A stretch of DNA of 64,000 nt from an uncultured delta proteobacterium (GCA_963785235.1 CAWAUM010000007.1:224001-288000), one strand, 5' to 3'; shown: positions 48,940 to 59,821, counted from the stretch's first letter. Numbers and translations: made by a program. The notes: generated from the sequence alone by a model not told the origin.

Positions 48940-50250
48940 CTAGATATCAAGCATCCATCCCTTGCCCTGCAATTTCGCAATAACCTTTGCCGTGCTCAGG
49001 AACGTGGATCTGAACATATCGCTCATGATGGCACTCTTGACCGGCGGCAGCCTTAAAAAGGCGCCGATAAAGGATCGCATGAATTCCTGGGTCATGCTTT
49101 GAGGGTTGTCGAATAACTGATTCTGCAGGGTGCCGCGCTCGAGTGATGACAGCATCGTCACCTCGAAGAGCGATTCAGGATGGAGAACCCTGCTGCTGCG
49201 GGGCATCATCTCAATGGCGCCTGTGGGACACTTTGCAATACAGACCCCACAGCCAACGCATATTCCTGTATTAACCTGGCCCTTTTTTCTTTTTATATTT
49301 TTGGGGTCATTTGCGGAATTCAGACTTAAGGCGTTCACCGGGCATACTTCAACACATTTTCCACATCCTGTACACTTGACGGTGTCTATCTTTGATATGA
49401 AGTTGGAGGTGATAACGCAATTCAAATATCCGAACTTGTTCAAACCGCCGAGGAAATTACAGCAACATTTGCAGCAATGACAAATAGCCATGGGTTTCTG
49501 TTTGGTGTTAACAGAACAGAATACCAGATTAAAGTCTTTGGACCTGGCAAAATTGTCCATCATTTCAGACTGTGATACCTCACGTCCAAAATTGTTTCTG
49601 ATAGCATATTCTGCACCTATCCCCAAAAAACAGCAGCTATCGAGCGGTGCATCGCATTCTTTATTGCCGGTGTGCAGCTTTTCATTCCTGCAGGAACATA
49701 AGCCGATGGCGAGTTTGGGAGAGCTCTCGATAAGCGATGTGGCCTTCTCATAATCAAAGAATTCCGTATGGCTGTCTTCTTTAATGGATTCTTCTATGGG
49801 GATAACCCGTAGCGCAGAAACCTGTTCACTCTTGGAAAAGTTCGCTGCGTAGACAGAGCCGAAGTATTCATGAAACAGCTCGGCCCATCTCTTCATATTG
49901 AGACTTTCTCCAGACCTCATCATGGTGAATTCGAATATCCCTATGGCTATGGGCCAGGGCATGTAGTAGTACTGGCCGTGGACTTCATTCCACAGGTCCA
50001 TGACGAGCCCTTTCTTGCATAGCCTCTCCAGGATTCCCTGCAGACGGGTTTTCTCAAAGCCGGTGACGTGTGAGATTCTCTCCAGCGAGGAGAGGGTGTA
50101 GGGCATTCTAACAACGACGTCTGCCTCATCAGTGGTGTACAGTTCCTTCAGAATGCTGTGCCATGTCTCGTTCCAGGGCGCCCTCACATTCAGGTTGTCT
50201 ATCTTTTTCCCCAGTTTATAATATACCTGGCCTTCTTCTATCGTATGCAT
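48940..50250 (-). CDS. 4Fe-4S dicluster protein with N-terminal winged-helix-like region
   Basis: GIFEF, CSCR, ICHCCKCCC, 2x CxxCxxCxxxCP; start MHTIEE at 50250 with AAGGAG RBS. Confidence 0.82.
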   Translation of the reverse strand: MHTIEEGQVYYKLGKKIDNLNVRAPWNETWHSILKELYTTDEADVVVRMPYTLSSLERISHVTGFEKTRLQGILERLCKKGLVMDLWNEVHGQYYYMPWPIAIGIFEFTMMRSGESLNMKRWAELFHEYFGSVYAANFSKSEQVSALRVIPIEESIKEDSHTEFFDYEKATSLIESSPKLAIGLCSCRNEKLHTGNKECDAPLDSCCFLGIGAEYAIRNNFGREVSQSEMMDNFARSKDFNLVFCSVNTKQKPMAICHCCKCCCNFLGGLNKFGYLNCVITSNFISKIDTVKCTGCGKCVEVCPVNALSLNSANDPKNIKRKKGQVNTGICVGCGVCIAKCPTGAIEMMPRSSRVLHPESLFEVTMLSSLERGTLQNQLFDNPQSMTQEFMRSFIGAFLRLPPVKSAIMSDMFRSTFLSTAKVIAKLQGKGWMLDI

Positions 50251-50294
50251 CCTATAACTCCTTAATATAAAATTATAAATAATCTGATCATGTC

Positions 50295-51843
50295 TTATTG
50301 ATCGAGGCGCTGCGCCTTCATGACATTCTCCATGAAGAAATCCACCTGGTTCATCATGCTGTCTTTGGATACGATGCGTGGGTCGAGCAGGTCGTAATCG
50401 AGGATGAGCAGCGGTATCTTCATTTCCCGGCATTTCTCCCGCAGGATGCCGTTCATGGCCTGGCCGCTCTTGCAGCCCACGTGGTTCGCCACCCACACCA
50501 TGTCGAGATCGAACTGCTTCACCATGCGGAAGATGTCGTCGAGATAGTTCTCCGCAGGCCCCCTGGTGTGGCGGACCATGGGACCCTGCATGATGGTCCT
50601 GCCCAGACCTCGGAGCATGGATTCGGGGGTCGAGGTGTCTATGGGCTCGTGGCGGTGAAATGTCATGCTGTCATTGATGACCGTGACCCCATAGGTGCGT
50701 TCGGTATGGTTGAAGATATCGATGAAATGGGGGAAGGGCGGGTTCCAGACAACGGCCCGGAATTTCTCATTATCCGTTGCGGGAATCCCTGCAGAGAGAT
50801 TCTTCCGTGCCATTTCCACCAGCCGCTCATAATGCTTTATGGATATGGGGTGGCCTGGAAAGAGATTGACATGCCACATGTGGCTCAGGAATACGGCCTC
50901 GGCTGCAAGGGGGGCAGGCCTGACCCGGATCATGTCCCAGAGCTCCAGCTCAAGCTCCAGCATGCGGTTGCGGCCTTCACAGTTCTGTCTGAGGCGGTTC
51001 CAGTCCATGCGGCCGGGGGTATGTTCTTCAAGGAATGCGATCATGCCCTTGAGGTCCTCAGCAAAGAACTTTTCCGCCCTTTCATTGTAGAAATTATGCG
51101 GGGCATCGATGCGGTATATGGGGATCCCCAGTTCCCGCTCCATGAGGGCATAGGACGCCATACCGGCATCGCAGGGCATATTGGAGCTGAGCATGGCAAG
51201 ACCCTTAGGCATCTGGCCCTTGAGCACCATGCCCATGGTAGCCTTGGGCAGACTGCATGCATCGGGATTGACCCCGGCGTTTTCCGCTTCGTCTATGTAT
51301 TTCAGGTCGCTTTTCCCCGCCAGAAAGGGCAGGAGCAGGCTCATGGATTCCAGCACCCAGACCTTCAAGCCCATGGCGCGTGCTATGTCGGGTGGGACCA
51401 TCTCTTCACTGATGATCATACGCTCGGATTGGTAAAACAACTCCTCCAGGTTCTCTGCCAGGGTCAGCGAGACCGTGTAGACGGTCATGCAGATGGACTC
51501 CAGGTAGAAACCGCTCCGGGAGCGGCAGAGCCGCCGCATCAGGCCGGTCACTTTGAGCAGGTACAGCATCCAGGGATAGCGGATGAGCTCGCGGACAAAT
51601 CCCGGTCCCCGTTTCAGGACGAGTTTCGCAATACACAGCCAGATCAGGACCCAGTATCTGGCGTAGATAAGGAAATCTTTAGCCGACAGGGTCAGTAAAT
51701 CGCGTACAATTTCCCTGGATGGAATGCCCAAAGGAGCTGATCAGGCCGGGAAGGGTTTGTAGAAAAGACTTAATCCTGTTTATTATGTCATACGAATAGC
51801 TGATTTCATCCGGATAGGTATCAGGCACGGTTTTTGTCTTCAT
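50295..51843 (-). CDS. 2-hydroxyacyl-CoA dehydratase/benzoyl-CoA reductase family subunit (3-Cys type); frameshift near 51731
   Basis: DACSLPK, NMPCDAG, NHVGCK, LDYDLLDPR; start ATG 51843 overlaps the upstream stop (ATGA). Confidence 0.85.
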
Positions 51844-53376
51844 CTGGTTGCTGAAGCTCCCTTTCCATCCAGGCGCGGGGCCTTCATGACGTTCTCCATG
51901 AAATGCTCAACCTGCCGCTTCATGTTGTCGTGGGACACGATGCGGGGGTCGCTCAGGTCATAATCAAGGATGAGCACGGGGATCCCCTTCTCCCGGCATT
52001 TCTCCCGCAGGATGCCGTTCATGGCCTGTCCGCCCTTGCAGCCCACGTGGTTTGCCACCCATACCATGTCGAGATCGAACTGCTTGTGGGCGCGGAAGAT
52101 GTCGTCCAGGTAGTTCTCGGCCGGCCCCCTGGTGTGGCGGACCATGGGGCCCTGCATGATGGTCCTGCCCCATCCCAGCAGCATGGATTCGGGCGTGGAG
52201 GTGTCGATGGGCTGGTGATGGTGGTAGGTCATGCTGTCGTTGATGACCGTCACGCCGTAGGTGCGCTCGGCCCAGTTGAAGATGTCGGAAAAATGAAGGA
52301 AGGGGGGGTTCCACACGATGGTCCGGTACCGTTCGTTGAGCGTGGCCGGGGTGTTGGTCTCAAGGTTCTTCCTGGCCATGTCCACGATCTTCTCGTAGTG
52401 CTGGACCGACGCCTCGTAATCCGGAGTGACATTCACATTCCAGAGGTGGCTCAGCCATACCGCCTCCGATGCCAGGGGGGCGGGCCGTAGCCGGAGCATG
52501 TCCCACAGCTCCAGCTCCAGCTCCAGGATGCGGTTGCGGTTGCCGCAGATCTTCCGGAAACGGTCCCAGTCCATGCGGCCCGGCGTGTGCTTTTCCAGCC
52601 AGGCGATCATGCCCTTCACGTCTTCCAAGAAAAGATTCTCCGCGCGCTCATTGAAAAAATGAAACGGCACGTCGAGACGGTAGGTGGGGATATCAAACAT
52701 GCGCTGGATGAAGGCGTACGAGGCCGCACCGGCATCACAGGGCAGATTGGAGCTCACCATGGCGATCCCCTTGGGCAGGTGGCCCTTGATGACCATGCCC
52801 ACGGTGGTCTTGGGCAGGCTGCAGGCATCTGCGTTCATCCCCTCGTTCTCCGCCTCGTCTATGTATTTCAGGCACGATTCCGCATCAATTATGGGCAGAA
52901 CGATGCCCATGACTTCGAGCAGATAGGCGTCAAGCCCCATGGCATGGACGATGTCTATGGGAACCAGGTCTTCGTTTATGACCATGCGTTCAGGGTGGAA
53001 GAACATCTGCCTCAGCATGTCGGTGGTCCCGGTGACCACGGTGTGCAGGGCCAGGCAGACGGATTCAAGATACAACCCGGTCCTGCCCCGCCCATACCGG
53101 CTCATAAGTCTGTTGACCTTCAGAAGTATAAACAGCCAGGGATTTCTGATAAGCGTCCGGGCAGCACCAACAGGTCCGAGGGTAACAGTCATCTCGGATA
53201 AGGAATTTCCCGATACAGTAATTATTTAAAGACCAGTATTTCAGGTACGTCAGCGCAGCCCCGGAATCCCGCGAGCTGATGAGATATTCAGCCAGAGAGT
53301 TCTGCCATAAGCTCTTTCCTGGTCTCCGGCAGCTTCCCATCAGGGACGTGAGATATGCGCGCACGTTTTTCAACAT
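51840..53376 (-). CDS. 2-hydroxyacyl-CoA dehydratase/benzoyl-CoA reductase family subunit (3-Cys type), paralog of the previous gene; frameshift near 53195
   Basis: DACSLPK, NLPCDAG, NHVGCK; N-terminus MLKNVRAY at 53376 with GGAGG RBS. Confidence 0.85.
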
Positions 53377-53399
53377 GGAGGGTCCTCCCTGTGCAATCA

Positions 53400-54533
53400 T
53401 TATTTGCCCATGCTCTCGATGAAGGCCTGCACACGGGTGCGCAGCTGGCCTTCGCCGCCTGTCCGGTATTCACGCTCCAGTTTCAGCACCGGTATCCCTT
53501 CTTTGCGCAGGGCGCTCACCAGGGGCATGGAATCCACCCCCCAGAGATCACAGAATTTGATGATCTCCAGGACCACGCCGTCCACCTTGTATTCCTTCAC
53601 CGTGTCAATGATGGTCTGGAGCCTGAGATCGAAGTTCTCCATCATGCGCGGGCAGAGCGTCTTTTCAAAGGTATGCTCCGCCAGGGACCTGATGGGGTCG
53701 CCATTGACCTGTACGGGCTTGAATCCGGGAATGGTGCCGGTGCAGAAACGGTCCGCCACCACCATTGCCCCCTGGGACTCGATGATCTTGATGAAGGCCG
53801 GATCGTGCAGATGGCCACCCACCACCATCAGACGGGCCCGGTAATCATTGATTCCTTGGCGCTCTTCAAGCATTCTGCGGAACTCCATGAGGTCGGGCAT
53901 GATCAGGTCCTTGGGCGAAACCAGGGAGGCCATGAGCAGGGTGTGGAACTCGGTTCCGGTAATGGGCGGGTCGGTCCTCTTCCGCAGATCTCCGATGGAC
54001 CGGATCACTTCTGTGAACGCGTTCCATTCGTCAATGGCCTTCCTGAGCGAAGAATCGCTCATGTCCACGCCGAAATGGGCGGAAAGCTTGTCCGCGAGCA
54101 TCCTGAGTTCCTGGTCCAGCCAGGCAACGGTGTGCCCGTTCACCTTTCGCGGAACATCGATCACATGGTTGAACGCGGGCTTTTTCAGATACTCGAAGTT
54201 GTCGATGAGACGCTGCATGTGGGCGCAGGAAGGGACAAAAACCCATCCCTGTATCTGTTCGAACCGGTCATCCATGGCGAATTCCAGAATGCTCCGGGTG
54301 TACGAGCAGATCAGGCTGGAAAGGTAGTTGTCGGCAAGCTCGGTCCCTGCAACCCCGGGTGTATGCAGGCGCACGGGAAAGAGCCTGTCCGCCATGAGCA
54401 GGGCCTCGGGCACGAAGGAGCAGGAATACCCGATGGGTATGCGGCCATTCTGCGCAGCCTGCTCGACCAGAGGGTTCTGTGGGTTTTCAAGAAGCTCTTC
54501 GAATACGCGCATTGTCTTGCCGGTTGTCGTCAT
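53400..54533 (-). CDS. 2-hydroxyacyl-CoA dehydratase family subunit, six-Cys (double-cubane-type) pattern
   Basis: GYSCSFVPE, ICSYTRS, PSCAHMQR, DRFCTG, LCPRM, KFCDLWG; C-terminal GQLRTRVQAFIE. Confidence 0.85.
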   Translation of the reverse strand: MTTTGKTMRVFEELLENPQNPLVEQAAQNGRIPIGYSCSFVPEALLMADRLFPVRLHTPGVAGTELADNYLSSLICSYTRSILEFAMDDRFEQIQGWVFVPSCAHMQRLIDNFEYLKKPAFNHVIDVPRKVNGHTVAWLDQELRMLADKLSAHFGVDMSDSSLRKAIDEWNAFTEVIRSIGDLRKRTDPPITGTEFHTLLMASLVSPKDLIMPDLMEFRRMLEERQGINDYRARLMVVGGHLHDPAFIKIIESQGAMVVADRFCTGTIPGFKPVQVNGDPIRSLAEHTFEKTLCPRMMENFDLRLQTIIDTVKEYKVDGVVLEIIKFCDLWGVDSMPLVSALRKEGIPVLKLEREYRTGGEGQLRTRVQAFIESMGK

Positions 54534-54611
54534 GACACTTCTCCCGGTACCATGGTGATCCCACGGCCTTCACCTATTATTTTCATCACCGTCAGCTCCT
54601 CCTTCGGCATG

Positions 54612-55445
54612 TCAATAGATACGCTCGCCTGGTTTAACATCGCCAAAGAGGCGGGCAAAGAGCGTGTTGTAAAGCGAAAAAATCACGATGTTGCCCAGCA
54701 GCCAGGACGAGCTTATGGCTTTCTGAGGGCAGATGTTCTGGCAGTGGTAGCACCGGATGCACCGGCCATCCAGAACCGGGTAGGGATTCAGGGTAATGCT
54801 CTGCACCGGGCATTCGTCGGCGCATATCCCGCACTGATTGCACAGGGTCTGATCAATTTTGGGCTTGGGCAGGAGGATGCGCAGCAGGAATGGTTTCGCG
54901 ATGAGGGCAACCAGGTCATAGAATCCCCAGTTGAGGCTTAAGGGGTCTTTTCCCCCTTCGTGTATAACGCTTGAACCGCCGGCCTGCAGTTGCCTGTCCA
55001 CTGCCTGGGCGAACGAGTGGGCACGTTCCAGATCCTCGTGATTCGGGCGCCCAGGCATGCGGCCGATCAGGCAGGGTGCAGGATGATGCACCGTGCCGCG
55101 CCCCATGAAACCTGCGAGAACCGATGCGCCTTTACCCTGTATGATGTGTGCCAAGTCGTAGAGAACCCTTCCGGGAGATCCGCCCGAGGTGGCAAAGACA
55201 AAGGCGGGTTTGCCATAAAGTGGAGGCAAGGCAGTGAGAAAGTCCTTGACCGGCGTGGGGGCCTGGCTTTCAAAACAAGGCGTTCCCATGCCCAGCACAT
55301 CACAGCTCAGGATATCCGCAGGCTGAGCCTCCTTCATGGACAGGGTGCGGACCGTGTGCCCTTTATCACGAAAGGCCTCTGCCATGGTCTCGGCAACCTT
55401 GCGCGTATTCCCGGTCTGGGAGAAGTACACCAGCAGCATGTTCAT
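54612..55445 (-). CDS. Flavodoxin-ferredoxin fusion (EFR1-like)
   Basis: YFSQTGNT flavodoxin loop plus CNQCGICADECP and CIRCYHCQNICP. Confidence 0.85.
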   Translation of the reverse strand: MNMLLVYFSQTGNTRKVAETMAEAFRDKGHTVRTLSMKEAQPADILSCDVLGMGTPCFESQAPTPVKDFLTALPPLYGKPAFVFATSGGSPGRVLYDLAHIIQGKGASVLAGFMGRGTVHHPAPCLIGRMPGRPNHEDLERAHSFAQAVDRQLQAGGSSVIHEGGKDPLSLNWGFYDLVALIAKPFLLRILLPKPKIDQTLCNQCGICADECPVQSITLNPYPVLDGRCIRCYHCQNICPQKAISSSWLLGNIVIFSLYNTLFARLFGDVKPGERIY

Positions 55446-55496
55446 CTCACTCAAGCCCTCCTTTCAAGTGCAATGATGGTGGACAATGTGACGCTT

Positions 55497-56267
55497 TCAT
55501 GGCAATAATCCGATCTTTTCGAGGATGTGTGCGACCTTTAAGAGCGCAGGTGAGGTTTCAGGCATGCCGGTAAGCGGTTCGCCTCTGAAGTCGAACGATC
55601 TGATCAGGTCATCGTCGTCGAGCCATCCGTACATTTCAAGGTCTGTTCTGCCCCTGATGTCGTCCACCTCTGGCTGGTTCCTCACCCTGTTGAGAACGAG
55701 CCCCATGCTCTTGAAGTCCACCGCCTTCTTCTCGTTCGCAACGTGCGCTATCGTATTTGCAACGCCAAGGCCCTTTACCGAGGTGTCCGACACCAGGACC
55801 AGGTGATCCACGGTCTTCATCACCCGCCTGTTGATCTGCTCGATGCCGGCCTCGCCATCGATGAGCACGATGTCGAACCTGCCGGCCAGGTCACCGATGA
55901 TGTCCTTGAGGAGGTTGTTCACCTTGCAGAAGCATCCCTCATCCTCGGGCCTGCCGATGGCAAGAAGGGCATATCCGTCACGTTCATGGAGGGCATCAAA
56001 GACCTCATAGTCCAGGAGCTTGAGCGTCTCCTTGCTCCCCTGGGGCTCGCCTTTCCGGATGTCTGCAATGAGTCCCTTCCTGATGTCGTCCACGGTCTTT
56101 TTCACTGTAATGCCCAGGGCCGATGCCAGGCCCACTGCCGGGTCCGCGTCTATGGCGAGGATCTTCCGCCCGTTCCCGCAGGCCAGCAGCTTCACCATGA
56201 GGGCCGAGATAGAGGTCTTGCCGACACCCCCCTTGCCGCACAGCGCGATAATCTTTGTATCAGTCAT
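55497..56267 (-). CDS. CooC/AcsF-like nickel-insertion ATPase
   Basis: GKGGVGKT, IDADP, GCFC (CxC), DGEAGIEQINR; own start MTDTK at 56267 (ATGA overlap). Confidence 0.85.
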   Translation of the reverse strand: MTDTKIIALCGKGGVGKTSISALMVKLLACGNGRKILAIDADPAVGLASALGITVKKTVDDIRKGLIADIRKGEPQGSKETLKLLDYEVFDALHERDGYALLAIGRPEDEGCFCKVNNLLKDIIGDLAGRFDIVLIDGEAGIEQINRRVMKTVDHLVLVSDTSVKGLGVANTIAHVANEKKAVDFKSMGLVLNRVRNQPEVDDIRGRTDLEMYGWLDDDDLIRSFDFRGEPLTGMPETSPALLKVAHILEKIGLLP

Positions 56268-56921
56268 GCAATACCTCTCGTGTTTTTTTCCAGGGCGGTT
56301 TCTGTCTCCTCGAGGACAGTGATCGCTGATTGCGCATAACCATCCGCCCCGTATTTTTCTGCCAGTTGCCGGTCCAGGGGGGCTCCGCCTACCATGATAA
56401 CCGTGCCCGGGGCACGTCTGTTTTACCGTTCTGATTATGTCCGGCATACAGGCCATGGTAGTGGACATCATGGCCGACAGGGCCAGGATATCGGCCTTGT
56501 TTTCGACAACCGCACGCTCGAACTCATCTGCCTTTACCTGCACACCCAGGTCAACTACCCGGTAGCCGCACGCCCTGTAGACCCCCGAAATTATGCTCTT
56601 GCCCAGATCGTGCGGGTCACCCTCGACAACGCCTATGACAACGGTCAAAGCCTCCTTATCTCCGGTGTCTCCGAATTCAGAGAGTTTCGCCAGACCCTGT
56701 GTTGCTGCGTCGATGCACAGGAGGAATTCGGGCAAAGAGGTATGATTCGACATCAAATTCCTTCTGAGGGTGTTGAGGCCATCGAGGATGGCGTGGCGCA
56801 CCTCTTTCATGGAAAGACCGGCATCCATTGCCCTGGTCGTCAGCGCCACGGTTTCATCCACCTGGTAAGCAGCTACCGCTGCTTTGATTTTTTCCATAAG
56901 TCCAACTTCTCTCTTACTCAT
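56264..56921 (-). CDS. Corrinoid (cobalamin-binding) methyl-carrier protein; frameshift near 56410
   Basis: Cap domain LPEFLL, GDPHDLGK (DxHxxG), LSAMMSTT; corrected tail VIMVGGAPL...YGADGYA ending at TGA 56264. Confidence 0.87.
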
Positions 56922-56935
56922 CCGGGTCCCTCTTT

Positions 56936-58105
56936 TCATCCATACAGCTCTGCTGCCTTGACCATGGCATAGGCATTTTCAAGGGGGGCATTCTGGGGGA
57001 ACTCGCAGCCGGGTGAAAGGATATAACCCCCGCCGGGAGCGAGGTCATCGATCTGTTTCCTGCATTCGGTCATGACATCGTAAGGGGTGCCGCGTGTCAG
57101 CAGCGGGGTGTCAATCATGCCGATGAGCACGATGTGGTCTCCATAGCGCTTCTTCAGCTCCTTACGGCTCGAACAGTCGTCCGGGAGGTGTGCGAAGCTT
57201 ATTGCACAGGGCTCCATGCTTCGAATCTGTGCATCGAAATATATCCCGTGACCGCAGTTGTGCACCCCAACCAGGCAACCTTTTTTTCTGACTGCCGAGG
57301 CGATTTCCCGTGCAAACGGCCCCTCGATCTTTTCCCAGAGCTCCTTGGACAACCCGTTCCATGATGCGAAGAGGGTGTCGATTACAACCATAACCACCCC
57401 GGCGTCGCATTGCGCTTCTGCAAATTCAATGAGCGCACCCGTGATGGTCTCACACGCTGCCATGACATCTTCCGGATTAGTAACACAGTCCTTGAAGAGT
57501 TCCTGTGTCCCCCGCATCATGTTGAGCACACCCAGCGGGCCGAAGAGAAAGCCTGCTACAAATCCCTTCAAGCCTATCCGGCGAACCATTATGGATAGCG
57601 CTTTTGTATACCCCTGCATGCGTATGGCATGCTTGAAATCGATGGGCTTGAGCTTCCGGTAACCCTCGATATTCTTGATCACCGGGTTCGCGTAGTCGGG
57701 ATGTGCGGTGGAGTTGTCCGGGTAAATAAGCCTCTGTCCGAAATCGGCGGCCTCTATTGAGAGGTCCACCAGCGCGACTATACCGTCACCGCCGATGAGA
57801 TTGAAGCCGGCCACGAAGGACTCGGCAGCTATTACGGGGTCGGCGCAGAATTCCGCGTAGGTGTTTCCGATAAGCCGTCTGCCTGCGCCGCATATTATGG
57901 GGCAGCACGGGACATGGTCAGGCTCCTTGTGCCGCAGGGTCACCAGCATCCTCTCGAAATTTGTAAGGCTGCTGATGCGCCCCCTGGCACTGCATAAACC
58001 CCCTGCAGCATCCAGAAGGAAATCCGGCAGCAACGCGGGCGAGGGGGGTATCCCTCCAGCAAGGGTCTTCAGCGCTCTCCAAATATCCTTTGTTGTGTCA
58101 GCCAT
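56936..58105 (-). CDS. Uroporphyrinogen decarboxylase-family methyltransferase (MtaA/CmuA-like, Zn type)
   Basis: DLSIEAADFG, GPLG, GVHNCG (HxC) and SPGCE Zn ligands. Confidence 0.85.
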   Translation of the reverse strand: MADTTKDIWRALKTLAGGIPPSPALLPDFLLDAAGGLCSARGRISSLTNFERMLVTLRHKEPDHVPCCPIICGAGRRLIGNTYAEFCADPVIAAESFVAGFNLIGGDGIVALVDLSIEAADFGQRLIYPDNSTAHPDYANPVIKNIEGYRKLKPIDFKHAIRMQGYTKALSIMVRRIGLKGFVAGFLFGPLGVLNMMRGTQELFKDCVTNPEDVMAACETITGALIEFAEAQCDAGVVMVVIDTLFASWNGLSKELWEKIEGPFAREIASAVRKKGCLVGVHNCGHGIYFDAQIRSMEPCAISFAHLPDDCSSRKELKKRYGDHIVLIGMIDTPLLTRGTPYDVMTECRKQIDDLAPGGGYILSPGCEFPQNAPLENAYAMVKAAELYG

Positions 58106-58836
58106 GCAGTGTCTCTTTTGATTTTTCCATGAGCTTATCCCTCATGCCTTTAAGTCCATCGGCCTCATCGCATACATCCTGGTAGTCACAGCTCCCGCAC
58201 TCGAAATCCATCTCGGCGGCCATCTTGTTCATGGCAGCGATAATCTTCTCCGCAGGCGCAGTGATCTCCTTGAGCCTGTGTACATCATCCGTGCTGGAGG
58301 TGAAGAAGATCACCTCGAAGGCCTTCACATAGGGCATCTCCTTGAAAGAGGGCCATGAGAGACGAGCCCAGTGACCGGGCGGAAAACCCCTGGGATAGGG
58401 ATTCCCTGCTGATCCTGCACCACTCTCTCATGTACTGGGACACAGCCCTCATCATGAATCCCTTGAGGTCGAGGTCGTATCGCAGGAAATCGAGCTCCTT
58501 GTGCCGGTCATAGGCATTGTCTTCGGTGAAGCCTTCCACCCCCAACAGGACCACCTTGCCGAAGGGGAGGCTCTTGCCGACGCTCTCCTGGAAATCAGGG
58601 CCGATGAGGGTTATCCTGCCATCTGTAATGGCAGAGAGGTTCTCTGTCCACAGCAGGCATGACACGGACTCCATTTCCGGGCTGCCCAGCTCAAGGGCCA
58701 TGTCCTCCTTCAAGACGATGTTTCTGCCGTGTCCGCCCGGCCACAGCCTTTTATTATCAGCAACCCAGGACCTTTTGCTGGGCATGTCCTCTACAAAGGC
58801 CCGGACTGACTCGATGGTGTTGGTAAAAAGTTCCAT
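58098..58836 (-). CDS. Small acetyl-CoA synthase beta-subunit (AcsB/CdhC middle-domain)-like protein; frameshift near 58345
   Basis: ELGSP, DGRITLIGPD, LPFG, GFMMRA..REWCRIS..GFS resemble the ACS middle domain; C-terminal CGSCDYQDVC; ~245 aa. Confidence 0.7.
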
Positions 58837-58844
58837 AGATTCCT

Positions 58845-59636
58845 TTATCCTGCCTTGTCAGCAGCCTGGCGGGCAATGAGCGCCGCACCAAGTGCCCCGA
58901 TGATCTGTGGGTCGGTGGCCATCTTCTGGAGCTTCACCCCCAGCGCCTCCTCAAGGGCCGCGAACATGCCGGTGTTTTTTGCCACCCCTCCGGTCATGGT
59001 GATTTCTTTATCGAGCTCTATGCCCCTGGCCAGAGCAGCCACCCGGTGGGCCAGTGACTTGTGCAGCCCTGCCACGATATCAGAAAGGTTGTTGCCTGCA
59101 TTGATCAGCGAGATGATCTCCGTCTCTGCGAAGACCACGCACTGGTTGGAGATGGAAAGGGGGTTCTTAGACTTGGAGGATATTTCTCCCATGTCTTCGA
59201 GATTGATCCCCATTGCCCCTGACATCACCTCCAGGAACCTGCCCGTGCCGGAGGCGCACCGGTCGTTATAGGCAAAACGGATGACATTGCCGCTATCATC
59301 CAGTCTGATGGCCTTGGCGTCCTGACCCCCGATGTCGATCACCATATGCACCTCAGGCATGAGCCACTGGGCTCCTTTGCCGTGGCATATGATCTCTGAC
59401 TCCACGGCATTGGCAAAGGGGATGGAGTTCCTGCCATAGCCTGTGCCCACGCAGTAGGCGATGTCTGCTAGGGTAAGCCCTGCCTTCTCCAGGGCCTTTT
59501 CCATCACTTCCCGGGCCGATTCCTCGGGTTCTGGTTTTGCAAATATAACGTGTGAGGCAAGCACATCACCATTTGTCATGATGATTGCCTTGGCGCTCAA
59601 TGATCCGACGTCACATCCTGCTACATACATGCTCAT
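58845..59636 (-). CDS. ATP-dependent activase (HgdC/BadFG family)
   Basis: GCDVGS, GTGYGR, DIGGQDAK, NDRCASGTGRF, CVVFAETE. Confidence 0.92.
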   Translation of the reverse strand: MSMYVAGCDVGSLSAKAIIMTNGDVLASHVIFAKPEPEESAREVMEKALEKAGLTLADIAYCVGTGYGRNSIPFANAVESEIICHGKGAQWLMPEVHMVIDIGGQDAKAIRLDDSGNVIRFAYNDRCASGTGRFLEVMSGAMGINLEDMGEISSKSKNPLSISNQCVVFAETEIISLINAGNNLSDIVAGLHKSLAHRVAALARGIELDKEITMTGGVAKNTGMFAALEEALGVKLQKMATDPQIIGALGAALIARQAADKAG

Positions 59637-59821
59637 AATCTCTCCGTTACATGGTTTTGTTCTTTTTTAAAACCTGGCCCGTAAAAACTGATCATCTCGC
59701 CTCTGGTAAGGATGATGTTTCTCCCGAATCGTTCAGGCGAGATGATCAGTTTTTACGGGTTCATTTTTTTCTCCTGCAAACTATATTTCCACTGATGAAA
59801 CATTGGCCCATTCTTCTCTCA

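Noticed and set aside
50251-50496. N-terminal extension of the 4Fe-4S protein
   Set aside because: It overlaps the upstream gene in another frame; the real start with RBS is at 50250
3224-54941. Long antisense ORFs (e.g. 3224..4129, 14895..16031, 37204..38406, 50298..51698, 53355..54941)
   Set aside because: They are shadows of well-supported genes on the opposite strand, expected from GC-rich codon usage, and show no motifs
55497-56939. Apparent 480-aa corrinoid protein-CooC fusion in the ORF track
   Set aside because: Removing one base near 56410 restores the normal corrinoid C-terminus (VGGAP...GADGYA) with a stop at 56264 overlapping a separate ATG at 56267; the fusion is an indel artefact
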